Source: Mobula hypostoma (taxonomy: Eukaryota). Taken from it: a DNA stretch of 64,000 bases. The stretch is taken from the NCBI RefSeq assembly GCF_963921235.1, contig NC_086109.1, positions 29,948,001 through 30,012,000 on the forward strand, written 5' to 3'. The position numbers and the translations under genes were made by a program. Positions 39,688-52,111 of the stretch are shown here, piece by piece. How positions within the stretch are numbered: the first letter of the stretch is position 1; the number at the start of each line of letters is the position of its first letter. Under the pieces are notes generated by a model. The model was not told the origin of the DNA. It searched no databases and was given only the letters and a program-made list of their open reading frames with translations.

Positions 39688-40280
39688 CCATAAGACATAG
39701 GCCAAAGGGCCTAATTCTGATCCTATCAAGTCTGCTCCTCCGTTTCATCATGGTTGATCTATTTTCCCCCTCAACACTACTCTTCTGGCTTCTTCCCATC
39801 GCCGTTCATGCCCTCACTAATCTTAGATCCTTTCAACTGCTGTCTTTAATGTACCCAGTAACCTGGCCTCCATAGCTGCCTGTGGCAACTAATTCCACAG
39901 ATTCACCACATGCAGGCTAAAGAAATTCTTTCTCATCTGTTCTTTATTGAGGCTGTACCTTCTGGTCCTAGACTGCCCCACCATAGGAAACATCCTCTCC
40001 CCATCGACGCTATCTAGGCCTTTCAACATTCAATAGGTTTCAATGAGATCACCCCTCATTCTTCTAAATTCCAACAAATACAGGTCCAGAGCCAGCAAAT
40101 GCTCCTCATACAAATAACCCTTTCATTGCTGGAATCATTCTCATGAACCTCCACTGAACCCTCTCTAATGATAGCACATCCTTCTTAGATATGGGCCCAA
40201 AACTGCTCGCAATATTCCAAGTGAGTCCTCACCAGTGTCCTGTAATGCTTCAGCATTACATCCTTTTTATATTCTAAAAG
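39688..40280 (-). mobile_element. CR1 LINE 3' fragment
   Basis: YRTLVRTHLEYCEQFWA motif; tail agaccataagacatagg. Confidence 0.85.
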
Positions 40281-41014
40281 ATTTTTTATTTGATATGGTA
40301 CAGTGGGATGACATTGAAAGAACTTATAAACATGATGCTGTACAGTTTGTATCACAATTATATTCTTGTATTTGGCATATAATGCACATACTCTCTTCTC
40401 TTGTTCCTCTGTTCTACTCCAGTTGAGAAACATTTCTGGACCTCCTGTTCATAATGAACACTAGAGTGGAACTGCATCTTCAGGACTGAGATAATCTGGA
40501 ACTCCTCATCCTTTTTTAAAAATTTTGAACAGATGAACAGCTACCTTGAAATATTTCTGCTTGACTTGGATGCCATGGGTTAAGATCTCCCAGAAAGAGT
40601 TAAAGATCAGAGAATTGGGTGGGTGATGGTGGTCATTAATTTCCCAAATCTACATCATATGGACAAGGCTGGCAGGTACTGGGGATTAACACTGGCTACA
40701 AGTAGTTTGCCGACCAGTTTGAAAATATGCTAGTATTCCTTATTGTCTCACAAACAAAATCCTGAACTTCCCTACTAACCGGCATTGTGGCCATACTTCC
40801 AAGAATTGCAGCAGTTAGAAGGTAGTTTACCAACTTCATGTTGTCCTTGCCATTGATGCCCGCCTTAAGGAAGATGTAAAAAAAATGTAAAAATTTTTAC
40901 GCTGTTTTGAGGTTTTCATTAATTAGGAATTTAAGTGTTCCTTTTGAGGGACCTTCCTACGGGAGATGGAAGTGCAGATGTGCAGGATGCTAGTAAGCCC
41001 ATTCTTGGAATATT

Positions 41015-41840
41015 CTATTCAAGTTTGGTTCAAAGGTGCAACATAATGTCAGAAAAATGTATACAATATATTGTACATCCTGAAATGCGTTTTCTTTGCA
41101 ACCTTCCACAAGAACAGAGGAGTGCCCCAAAGAATGAACGACAGTCAAATGTTAGACCCCAAAGTACCCCCCCTGCCCCAGACAGCTCACTCCACTCACG
41201 TGTAAGCGACAGCAAACAACAATCCTCCCTTCCTCCCCCACCGGCAAAAAAAAGCGCATAAGCATCCGCCACCAAACATTCAAGTGTATGCAAAGCATCA
41301 GTAAAGACACAGACTTGCAGTTACCCCTAAGACTACATTATGCACCCGGCCTTTGACATACCACAGGTTCGCTCTCTCTCCCCCTAATAAGAGAGAAAGA
41401 GGTGTGTCTGTTTTCACAGTGAGCGGGGAGCCAGAACAATCAACTCACTGGTTTACGATGTTAAAAGTCTGCCACATCGCTTCTTTTGAGCTCTGTGGCT
41501 AAAGATCTGTGCACATAACTGGAGATATTCTGCCTCTCCCGATGACACACGGGTCTGCTTTTGTGACACCGACCCTCGATTCACCTGTCTCCAGAGGCCC
41601 TGAGATCCTAGGCTTCCAAAGCCGAGCCGAATACTTAGGCCAAGCCCTTGGAGTGCCGAACAATGGCCAGTCCTGAAACCCCAAGAATGGGTCCCATTCC
41701 CGCAAAGAACCGTAGTCAGCGTGTAACTTCAGGTTCTGGTCTTCAAAAGAACCGTGAATGGGAAAAATAAAGACATTAAAGATGGAAATAGAGTTGTTTC
41801 CGAAGTTGCAAGCAAAGGAGTCGCTGTTTAGCACCATCAT
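41015..41840 (-). mobile_element. Non-coding retroposon with a Rex1-like 3' tail, probably near full length
   Basis: CpG-rich body; minus-strand 5' end atgatggtgc; tail cacctttgaaccaaacttgaa; no credible ORF. Confidence 0.55.
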
Positions 41841-42365
41841 CACTCTGCTCTGTCTTCTGATTGGTCTGCTATAGGAAAGATGTTACTGAACTTCAAAGAG
41901 TGCAGTGCAGAAACTGCTTACAAGGATATTGCTCGGACTTGGGGGACAGAGTTAGGATTAGGGATAGTCTGGGACTTTATTCTCTGGAGCATAGGAGAAT
42001 GAGAGGTGATCTTACAGAGGTGTATAAATTATGCGGGGTATATAAAGGAGCACGCCTTTATATACTGGCCATCTTCTCTCCATCTATCAGTTCAGATAAG
42101 GCGGTCTCAACCTGAAACATCCACTGTACATTTCCCTGCGTAGATGTTGCCTTGCCAACTGATCTTCTCCATCATCTTATTTATTTTTTGCTCCAAATTC
42201 CAGCAACTGCAGTCTCTTGAATCAGCTATATTAATATTATTTACGAGTATTTCAACAGACCAAATGGATCTGACAAGGTTATGACACTAAGTGTTTTTTA
42301 AGGTATGTTACTGACCTATTTAGTGCTCTCTGGAGCAGGGAGAGAAAAATAAAAGTTACAAAATA

Positions 42366-43488
42366 CACTCAATGGCTACTTCATTAGGTACTCAAGTGGT
42401 CATTGAATCTATGTTAGTGGTTTTCTGCTGCAGTAGTCCATACACTTCAAGATTGTACATGTTGTACATTCAGCGATGCTCTTCTGCATACCACTGTTAT
42501 AATGCATAGTTACTTGAGTTCCTGTTAGCTTGAACTAGTTTGACCATTCTCCTCTGACCTCACTCATTAACAAAGCATTTCTGTCCACAGAACTGCTGCT
42601 TGCTGGATATTTTTGTTTTTTTTGTGCCATTCTCTGTAAACTCTAGACTAAAATATGTGACAATCCCAGGAGATCAGCAGTTTGAGATACTGAAACCACC
42701 CTGCTGGCACCAATAATTATTCCACAGTTAAAGTCACTTAGACCACATTTCTTCCTCACTCTGAAGTTTGGAGTGAACAATTGAAGCCTCTTGACCATGT
42801 CTGCATGCTCTTATGCATTCAGTTGCTTCCATGTGGTTGGTTGATTACATATTTGCATTAATGATCACATATACAGGTGAAACACTCTGGTTCTGTTGGC
42901 TGCATAAGTCTAGGGAAGATGATCTCTGGCCCCGCCAAATGTGTGAAATTGAGGTGCAAAACCCTGAAACCCCCTGTTTATGTAGATGCTGTGTGATTTG
43001 TTCACCCTCTTACAAATGAGTACAACGAAATAACAGACGGTACACCACGTACAATTAAACAATTTAGCTTTATAATTCTTAATTTGACTAAAGGGTTACT
43101 AAAGAAAAAGCAAAAAAAAAAAGAAAAGGGCCCTATTTAATAAAACAGTCTAATGTGCACCAGTTAGAGATCACGGTTTCCCCTTTGCTGATCCTCCTTC
43201 GATCTCCCCAGGCTTTGTCGAATCATGGGCCCGCTCCGGATCGAGTCCTGTGACCTCTTCTCTGGCATCTTCTCCCTTCATCTCCTGCCGAACGAAAGAC
43301 CCAGCTCACACCAGTGTCAGGCATACAACACGAAAACACACTCCCTTCATGGGACAGCTCACATTCCAAAGCACCCGTTATCTCTAATAATAACACAAAC
43401 ATTGCTTCTACAGAAAGACCATTATGTTAGCAGTGAAACCTTTCTCAGGGTGTTGCACAGGTGTACCTAATAAAATGGCCATTTAGTT
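42366..43488 (-). mobile_element. Non-autonomous Tc1-family element with a nested solo LTR
   Basis: TA-flanked TIRs cactcaatggctacttcattaggtac and gtacctaataaaatggccatttagtt; body is the reverse complement of 62005-62486. Confidence 0.85.
42878..43457. mobile_element. Solo LTR nested in the Tc1 derivative
   Basis: TG...CA ends; 4-bp TSD CAGG at 42874-42877 and 43458-43461. Confidence 0.88.
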
Positions 43489-44002
43489 TAGCAGGGCAAT
43501 GCTCAAAGGTTGATCCCACTTGATGCAGCAAGTGACAAGGCAAATGTGTAACAGGAGTCTGAAGGTTGCAGAGTTTCACTTTTGACCTGAATTTGGCACT
43601 CCAAAGAGAGACAAAGGTGCTACTGTTAAATTTATGTGTCTTTAGTTGTGGTTCAGAATAGAGTTTAATATCACCAGCAAATGTGAAATTTGTTGTTTTT
43701 GTGGCAGCAGTACAATGCCATACATAAAACTGAATGACAGTAAAATGATGCAGCTGAGTGAGTTCAGAGCTGCTTTCGATCCTGTGCAGTAGACCTCTCC
43801 TCACCCCACCCCACCCCCCCCAACCCTGTACCAGACAGTGATGCAGCCAGTTAGAATGCTCTCCAAGGTACATCTGTAGAAATTTGCGAGTGTCTTTGGT
43901 GATATAGCAATCTCCTCAAATTCCTAATGAAATATGGCTGCTGTCATGCTTTTAAGTTATGTTGAGATCCCATTAATTGTCCCAAGTGAGCATAATAGAT
44001 CT

Positions 44003-44378
44003 CAAGGCAACACATACAAAATACTGGAGGAGCTTTGCAAGTCAGGCAGCATCTGTGTTGTGGAATAAACCATCAATGCTTTGGTCTGAGACTGTTCATC
44101 AGGACTGGAAAGGAAGGAGGCAGAAGACAGTAAGGTGATGGGGGAAGGGAGCACAAGTTTGCAGGTATTGGGTAGGATCAGATGAGGTGGAAGGTGGGGA
44201 GAGTGGTGAAATAAGAAGCAGGGAATGATAGATGGAAGAGATAAAGGGCTGAAGGAGATGGAATCTAATAAGACAGGGCAATGGACCATGGAAGAGGGAA
44301 CTGGAGGGAGCTGATGGGCAGGTGAGAAGAGAGGGGGTGAGAGGATAACCAGAATTAGGAATGGAAAAAAGAGGGCAT
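44003..44378 (-). mobile_element. PLE family A 3' terminus
   Basis: Minus strand cagtcCTGATGAacagtctcagaccaaagc, followed by gatgctgcctgacttgc. Confidence 0.8.
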
Positions 44379-44379
44379 A

Positions 44380-46380
44380 GGACAGATGACATAGGAGCAG
44401 AATTGGGCTATTCAGCCCATCAAGTCTGCTCTGCCAGTTCATCATGCCTGATCCATTTCTGACTCAACCACATTCTCCGGACTTCTCCCCATAACCTTTC
44501 ATGCCCTGACTACCAAGAACTTATCAACCTCTGCCTTAAATGTACCCAATGATCTGGCCCCCACAGCTGTCTGTGGCAACTAATTCCACAGATTCACCAC
44601 CCCCTCTGGCTAAAGAAATTCCTCCTCAGCTCTGTTCTAAATGTACGCCACTCTATTTTGAGGCTGTGCACTCTGATCCTAGACTCCCTGACAAAAGGAA
44701 ACATCCTCTTCACATCGACTCCATCTAGGTGTGTCAACATTCGATAGGTTTCAGTGACATCCACCTTTCCTCCTCCTAGCTTCGAGTGAGTACACGCCTA
44801 GAGTCTTCAATCGCTGCTTATACGATAGCCTTTTAATTCCTGGAATCATTCTTGTGATTCCCTTCCAAACCCTCTCCAATGTCATCACATCCTTTCTTAA
44901 ATAAGATTCAAAGGTTCAAAGAATATTTATTATCAAGGAATACATAAATTACACAACCTTGAGATTTGTCTGCTTGCAGGCAGTCACAAAGCAAGAAATC
45001 TGAAAGAACCCAATTGGGAGAACAAAAGCCCAGAGCCTCAGTATTCAGTTCATCATATTAACGGGACAAATTGTCGCAAAGTTCGCATACTTGAAGCACA
45101 GCAGCTGGGGACACTCTTAAAGTGCCCAAATCTACTCATAATACTGCAAGTATGAATTCTAACATTGCAGTCGCCTTCCTCACCACTGAATCAAACTTCA
45201 AATTAACCTTTAGGGAATCCTGTATGAGAATTCCCAAATTAGTTTGCACCTCAGTTTTTTTTGTATTTTCTACCCACTTAGAAAGTTATTTGCTTTTATT
45301 CCTTCTACTAAAGTGCAGGACCATTCACTTCCTGACACTGTATTCCATCTGCCACATGTTTGCCCATTCTCCTTATCTGTTCAAGTCCTTCTGCAGCCTC
45401 TGTTTCCTTAGTACTCTCAATGCTATCAACTGAATCATCCAAATTGTAGGCATACAACGTAAAAATAAACAGTCTCAACGCAGATCCCTATGGAATACCA
45501 CTAGTCACCAAAAGCCAAACCGAAAAGGATTCCTTTATTTCCTGTTTGCCTCCTGCCAGTCAGCTAATGCTTGATCCATGCGAGTACCCTTCCTGCAATA
45601 TTCTGGGAGCTCTTCTTTTGTTTCGCAGCCTTGTGTGTCAAAGGCCTTCTAAAAATCCAAGTACACAGCATCAACCGATTCTCCTTTGTCTGTCTTGCTT
45701 GTTACTTCTTAAAAGAATACCAACAGGTTTGTCAAGCAAAATTTTCCCTTAAGGAAGCCATGCTAACTTTGGCTTGTTTTACCACGTGCTCCAAGTACCC
45801 CAATACCAAATCTTTAATAATTGATTCCAACATTGAAGTCAGGCTAATTGGTCTACAATTTCCTTTCTTCTGCCTCACTCTCTTGAAGAGTGGAGTGAAA
45901 TTTACAATTTTACAGTCCTCTGGAACCATGCCAGAAACCATTGATTCTTGCAAGGTCGTTACTAATGTCTCCCCATCTCTTCAGCTACGTCTTTCAGAAC
46001 CCTGGGGTATAGTCCATTAGGTACAGGTGACTTCGGACCTTTCAGTTCCCCAAGCGCCATCTCCCTAGTAATAGCAATTGCTCTTACTTCTACCCCTTGA
46101 CACTTTTGAACTTTTGGCATAATATTTGTGTTCTTCCACAGTGAAGACTGATACAAAATAGTTACTCAGTTTCTCTGCCATTTCTTGGCCCCTCCTGTTA
46201 CTAACTCCCTAGTGTAAAATTCCAGCAGTCCAATATTCCAATATTTACTTTTGCCTTTTACTCTTTTTGTATATCTGGAAAAACTTTTGGCATCATTTTA
46301 GATTGGCTATATTTTCTCCCCCTTATCGTTTTATTTAGTTGCCTTTTTTAGTTTTCAGAAAATTCTCAATCCTCTAAATT
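44380..46380 (-). mobile_element. CR1 LINE ORF2/3' fragment, interrupted at about 44905-45120 by a Rex1-tailed non-coding fragment
   Basis: VPEDCKIVNFTPLFK...GNCRPISLTS and KSPVPNGLYPRVLK motifs; 3' UTR at 44380-44560. Confidence 0.85.
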
Positions 46381-46422
46381 CCAATTAAGTTTTGGAGAGG
46401 AGGAGGGAGCTTTGGGAAACTA

Positions 46423-47050
46423 CTAGAAATTAGAAAAATTGATGTTGATATCATCAGGTTGAAGGCTACTGGGACAGAATGAGGCATTGCTCCTGCAAAT
46501 TGAGTTTGTCTTTATTATGTTAGTAGTAGATAGACATGTCAGTTGGGAATGAGAAGTAGAATTAGAATGGATAGGCAATGGGAGAACCTGCCTTTTGTGG
46601 CAGCCAGTGCGAAGGTTCTTGACAAAGTGATCCCCCAATCTGCATTGGGTGTCACTGATGTTGAAGAGGCGGCCTCCCTTCCTCATTCTGGTTACCTTTT
46701 CACCTCCTTTCTTTTCCTTACCTACACATCAACTCCCTCCAGTTCTCCTCCTTTCCTTCATAGTTACTGTCCTTTTCCATTAAATTGCCTCTTTCACCTT
46801 TCCCCTCCTAGCTTCTTAGTTCAACCCCTCCCCACCTGCCTTCCCCCTAACCTGGTCTCGCCTATCACTTGTTTGATTGTACTACTTCCACACCCTCCAC
46901 CTTCGCATTCTGGCTTCTGCCCCCTTACTTTTCCAATCCTGATGAAGTGTCTCAGCTTGAAATATTGACTGTTTAAACACCTCCATAGAAACTGTTTAAC
47001 TTGCTGAGATTCTCCAGCATTTTGTGTGTCGCTCAAGATTTCCAGTATGC
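46423..47050. mobile_element. PLE family A with an inverted arrangement (minus-strand GIY-YIG C-terminus joined to a plus-strand terminus)
   Basis: Minus-strand ISDTQCRLGDHFV...SLQPDDININFSNF at 46423-46670; plus-strand terminal repeat from 46670. Confidence 0.8.
46934..46971 (+). ncRNA. Minimal type I hammerhead ribozyme motif (best-preserved core in the window)
   Basis: caatc-CTGATGA-agtgtctcagctt-GAAA-t-ATT-gactg: both core boxes intact, stem I caatc/gactg pairs 4 of 5, NUH triplet present. Confidence 0.65.
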
Positions 47051-47349
47051 ACATAAACTCTTGTGTTTATCAAGGCACTATTTTAAAGGAGGAAAGGTGG
47101 TTTTAGCTAGTATTCATGCCAATATTTATCCTTCAATCAGCATTTTAAAGAGAAATGATTCTGGGCTGGGTTTTGATGATGTTGGCTATTGCTACTGCAG
47201 GCCTCTGACAATAGTGCTGTACTTAACAGCAATACCTGCACATACCTTCTCTGAATGTGGAAGACCAATCTAGACGTCACTGTATATACCAGAGTCCAAT
47301 GATGACAATCACTGGCAGTAAGAAACCCATTTAAATTCATTGATGGTCT

Positions 47350-48155
47350 TTGAAAGATTCAAAGTACATTTATTATTAAAGTATGTATGCAGTATATAAT
47401 CCTGAGATTCTTCTTCCCACAGATATGCATGAAACAAAGAAAACCGTGGAACTCGTTCTAAGAAAAATACCAAACCCCCAACATGCAAAAAAAACCCCAA
47501 CAAAACAAGCAAATGGCAAAACATAAAGAGTGAGAAACCCAGAATATAAAACACCAAAATCATTGAAAGAGACTAGGTATATTTAGTTTAGTTCAATCTA
47601 GCACTATGTTGTATGTTATCTACAGACTGCAGAGCCAGTCTATCCTGAACAAAATCTCAGAAATAGCAACAAAAAAAGGAACCATGTTGATTAAACCTTG
47701 CCCAAGATTCAGGACTCCAGCACCATCCTTCAGCAACTAGCGAGAGGGACAATTTGTATACAGGCACCTTTCTCTGGGAGCAGTGGGTGAGAGGGACAGA
47801 GAGACAGGTCACATACAGGTAGATGGTGCTGAATATCCTCCTGCCTTCTGCTCTCATTGTCAATAGATTTTAATTTTCCTTGATGCTTCGACTGGTGAGA
47901 AATGGAGTCGATCATGGGCTCATGTCCCGTCTCCAGGCGTCTTGGCCTCCTGGCCGCACACTTTGCTCGAAACCTCACCAAACCCCTTAAGAGACAGCAA
48001 AGAGCCAAATTGCTCAATTGGCCTGAAAACACACCACCAAAATGTAGATCACAGACTCTGACATTTGAGAGAAAAAGTAGAAGTGAAAGAAATAGTTTGG
48101 TGAACAGTTTGAAGGATGTTGTCCTTAGTTGTTTGGTTTGCTTTGGCGGAGCCTG
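47350..48155 (-). mobile_element. Non-coding retroposon with a Rex1-like 3' tail
   Basis: Minus-strand tail aataataaatgtactttgaatct; no credible ORF. Confidence 0.55.
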
Positions 48156-48275
48156 ATGAGCAAGTTGAATTTTGTTTTGAAGTGCCTCTGACATTCAGAA
48201 ATTTTTAAACACAATTACAATTGAAATGGGTAATGAAGAATAACTTAGAACAAACGAATAAGTTATTTACTAATG

Positions 48276-50067
48276 CAGGTTGAGTACCCCTTATTGGAAA
48301 ATCTCTAGAATCTAAAAATTTTTTGAGCGCTGACATAATATAAGTGGAAAATGCTACAAGGAGTTGCGAAGGTTCCCAGGTGATGTGCAGATCTCTATGT
48401 ACTACAGACATGTAATGAACAGAAATATGCTGTTCATTGACTTTAGTTCGGCATTCAATACTGTGATCCCCTCCAAGCTGATCATTAAACTTAGCCAGCT
48501 TGGTATCAGCTCATCCCTCTGCAATAGGACCTTGGACTTCCTGACTAACAGACCCCAATCAGTTAAGTTAGACAACCTCTCCTCCTCTACTCTCACCCTG
48601 AACACCGGCGTGCCTCAAGGCTGTGTGCTGAGCCCTCTTCTGTACTCCCTTTTCACCTATGACTGCATTCCTGTACATGGTTCTAACTCCATAATCAAGT
48701 TCACAGACGACACTACGGTGGTTGGTCTGATTAGTGGGGATGACAAGATGGCCTACAGGGATGAGGTTCAGCACCTGGCTGTGTGGTGTGCCGACAACAA
48801 TCTGGTCCTTAACACCCAGAAGACCAAGGAGATCATTGTAGACTTCAGGTATGCCAGGAGTCACACTCACGTCCCCATCTACATCAGCGGAACTGTAGTG
48901 GAGCGTGTATCAAGCTTCAAATTCCTTGGTGTCCACATTTCCAAGGATCTCACCTGGTCTGCGAACTCCTCCATCTTGATCAAAAAGTCGCAACAGCGCC
49001 TTTATTTCCTGCGGTGCATGAAGAAAGCTCACCTCTGTCCTAGGATACTGGCGGACTTTTACCCCTGTACCATTGAGAGCATACTCACCAACTGCATCTC
49101 AGTGTGGTATGGCAATTGTCCCGTATCGGACTGCAAAGCACTCCAGTGTGTGGTGAAAACTGCCCAGCGGAGTATCGGCACTCAATTGCCCACCATTGAG
49201 AACATCTACCATAAGCGCTGCCTAGGCAGGGTGAAAAGCATTATGCATCTCACCCTAACCATGGACTTTTTACTCTCCTCCCATCCGGTAGGCGCTACAG
49301 GAGCCTCTGCTCCTGCACCAGCAGGCACAGGAAGAGCTTCTTCCCTGAGGCTGTGACACTGCTGAACCTCTCATCACAGTGCTAAGCAGTATTTCATCAG
49401 TATTGTACTGTCTCAGTACTTTTATATTTGTGTGCTGTAGCACTTTTTATTCGCAGTTATTTTGTAAATAACACTATTCTTTGCATTTCTGGTCAGATGC
49501 TAAATGTATTTCATTGGCTTTGTATCTGTACTTGGCACAATGACAATAAAGTTGAATCTAATCTAATCTTAATGAAAAATAGAAAAACTGCCTTAAGTAA
49601 AAAAATAAAGATCTTGATTGTATATTGAAAGACTGCATTCCTCTGTGTTGGAGTGAACATATGCCACTTAAAGGTATGGTGATCATGAAACAAGCAAAGA
49701 TCTATCGTGATGAGCTAAAAAGTGAAGGTTAATGTAAATTTTCAGCAGGCTGGTTGCAGAAATTTAAGAAAAGGTGCTGCCTTAACTTTTTTAAAGACTT
49801 GTAATAAAGTGTCTGCTGATCATGAAGCAGCAGAGAAATTCACTGAGGTTTGCCAAAATCATTGCTGATGAAAATCTAATGCACTGAATGCTTGCACCTA
49901 CACATGTGTGTGATGAATAAATGTAAGACAAAGTCTGCTTACCGGTAGCACATAGTTCAGAGTTGGAAATGATGGTGATCATAAGCCATCTCATCATGTA
50001 TCCCAAATTTTGGAAAAAATCCAAAACACTTCCGGCTCAAGCATTTGGATAAGGAGTACTCAACCTG
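48276..50067 (+). mobile_element. Tigger/pogo-family DNA transposon (internally deleted) with a nested LINE
   Basis: TIRs caggttgagtaccccttat and ataaggagtactcaacctg followed by TA; CENP-B-type HTH remnant MPLKGMVIMKQAKIY...FSAGWLQKFKKR at 49660-49775. Confidence 0.88.
48420..49569 (+). mobile_element. Young 5'-truncated Rex1/Babar-like LINE (RT domain in an open frame)
   Basis: ORF 48364-49356: [45 protein letters not shown]; tail (aatct)n; candidate TSD taatgaa. Confidence 0.92.
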
Positions 50068-50417
50068 TAATATTAAACTAAAGAAAGCTTAAAATTCACT
50101 TTTGCTTCCTAATCTAGAGCGTTATTATTCCCATTGGATGGAAAGGCGTCTTGCACTCTATGCTTTCCCAACACCCCCAACCTTACCATCAATGAAATGC
50201 AACTATACTTTTATTTAATAAATTTATGCACTTACACCTTTCCACAAAGAAACCTTTATTTTCATTCAATGAAACCTTGCTGGTTTTGCAAGAACTCTTC
50301 TATGGCGACCCAAAGTAACATCTTCAAATTAAAACATATAGCTATTTTACTGGTTTCCTATGATTGAATTTATGGATGTGGATAAAAGACAAATGACTGT
50401 TGATGGTAGTTGTATTT

Positions 50418-52056
50418 TCAAGTCAAGTCACTTTTTATTGTCATTTTGACCATAACTGCTGGTATAGTGCACGGTAAAAATGAGATAACGTTTCTCAGGA
50501 CCATGCTGCTACATGAAACAACACAAAAACTACACTGAACTATGTAATACAACACAAAAACTACACTAGACTACAGACTTACCCAGGACTGCATAAAGTG
50601 CACAAAACAGTGCAGGCATTACAATACAGGCTGGAATTACCATAGAAAGCATTCTTTTGGGGTGCATCACATCTGGTATGGAAGTTGTCCTGTCCAAGAC
50701 CGGAAGAAGCTGCAGAAGATCGTGAACACAGCCCAGCACATCACACAAACCAGTCTTCCATCCTTGGACTCACTTTACACCACACGCTGTCGGACCAGTG
50801 CTGCCAGGATAATCAAGGACACGACCCACCCAGCCAACGCACTTTTCGTCCCTCTTCCCTCTGGGAGAAGGCTCAGGAGCTTGAAGACTCTTACGGCCAG
50901 ATTTGGGAGCAGCTTCTTTCCAACTGTGATAAGACTGCTGAACGGATCCTGACACGGATCTGGGCCATACCTTCCAAATATCCGGACCTGCCTCTCAGCT
51001 TTTTTGCACTACCTTACTTTCCCTTTTCTATTTTCTATTTATAATTTATAATTTAAATTTTTAATATTTACTATTGATTTATACTTCAGGGAGCACGAAG
51101 AGCAGAATCAAATATTGCTGTGATGATTGTATGCTCTAGTATCAATTGTTTAGTGACAATAAAGTATAAGTATAAAGTATAAATAATAAACAAGACAATA
51201 GGCACATTAGAGGGCAGTAAGTTGCTGTCAGTCCAGGCTCTGGGTATTGATGAGTCTGATGGCTTGGGGGAAGAAACTGTTACGTAGTCTGGTCGGGAGA
51301 GCCCAGATGGCAGGAGGGAGAAGAGTTTGTATGAGGGGTGCGTGGGGTCTTTCATAATGCTGTTTGCTTTACGGATGCAGCGTGTGGTGTAAATGTCTGT
51401 AATGGCAGGAAGAGTGACCCTGATGATCATAGCTGAGCTCCCTATCTGCTGCAGAGTCTTGCGATCGGAGATGGTGCAATTTCCGAACCAGGCAATGATG
51501 CAGCTGCTCAGGATGCTCTTAATACAACCTCTGTAGAACGTGGTGAGGATGGGGGGTGGGAGATGGACTTTTCTCAGCCTTTGCAGAAGTAGAGATGCTG
51601 TTGGGCTTTCTTTGCTATGGAGCTGGTGTTGAGGGACCAGGTGAGATTCTCCACCAGGTGAACACCAAGAAATTTGGTGCTCTTAACGACCTCAACAGAG
51701 GAGCCATCAGTGTTCAGCGGAGAGTGGTCGCTCCGTGTCCTCCTGAAGTCAACAACCATCTCTTTTGTTCACATTTAGAGACGGGTTGTTGGCTCTTCAC
51801 CGGTCCGTTAGCTGCTGCACCTCCTCTCTTTATGCTGACTCATCATTCTTGCTGATGAGACCCACCACGGTCGTGTCATCGGCAAACTTGATGATGTGGT
51901 TCAAGCTGTGTGTTGCAGCACAGCCGTGGGTCAGCAGAGTGAACAGCAGTGGACTGAGTACACAGCCCTGGAGGGCCCCCGTGCTCAGTGTGATGGTGTT
52001 GGAGATGCTGCTTCCAGTCCGGTCTGACTGAGGTCTCCCAGTCAGGAAGTCTAGGA
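50418..52056 (-). mobile_element. Rex1/Babar-like LINE fragment
   Basis: [38 protein letters not shown] and KFLGVHL motifs; tail (tgact)n. Confidence 0.88.
50627..51181 (+). mobile_element. Rex1-like 3' fragment nested in the opposite orientation
   Basis: IWYGSCPVQDRKKLQKIVNTAQ...LPSGRRLRS...SFFPTVIRLLN; tail taaagta repeats. Confidence 0.85.
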
Positions 52057-52111
52057 ACAAGGTAGGTTGTAGATAGTTCTGTTGCAGATGAGTAAACATT
52101 TCACTTGTATA

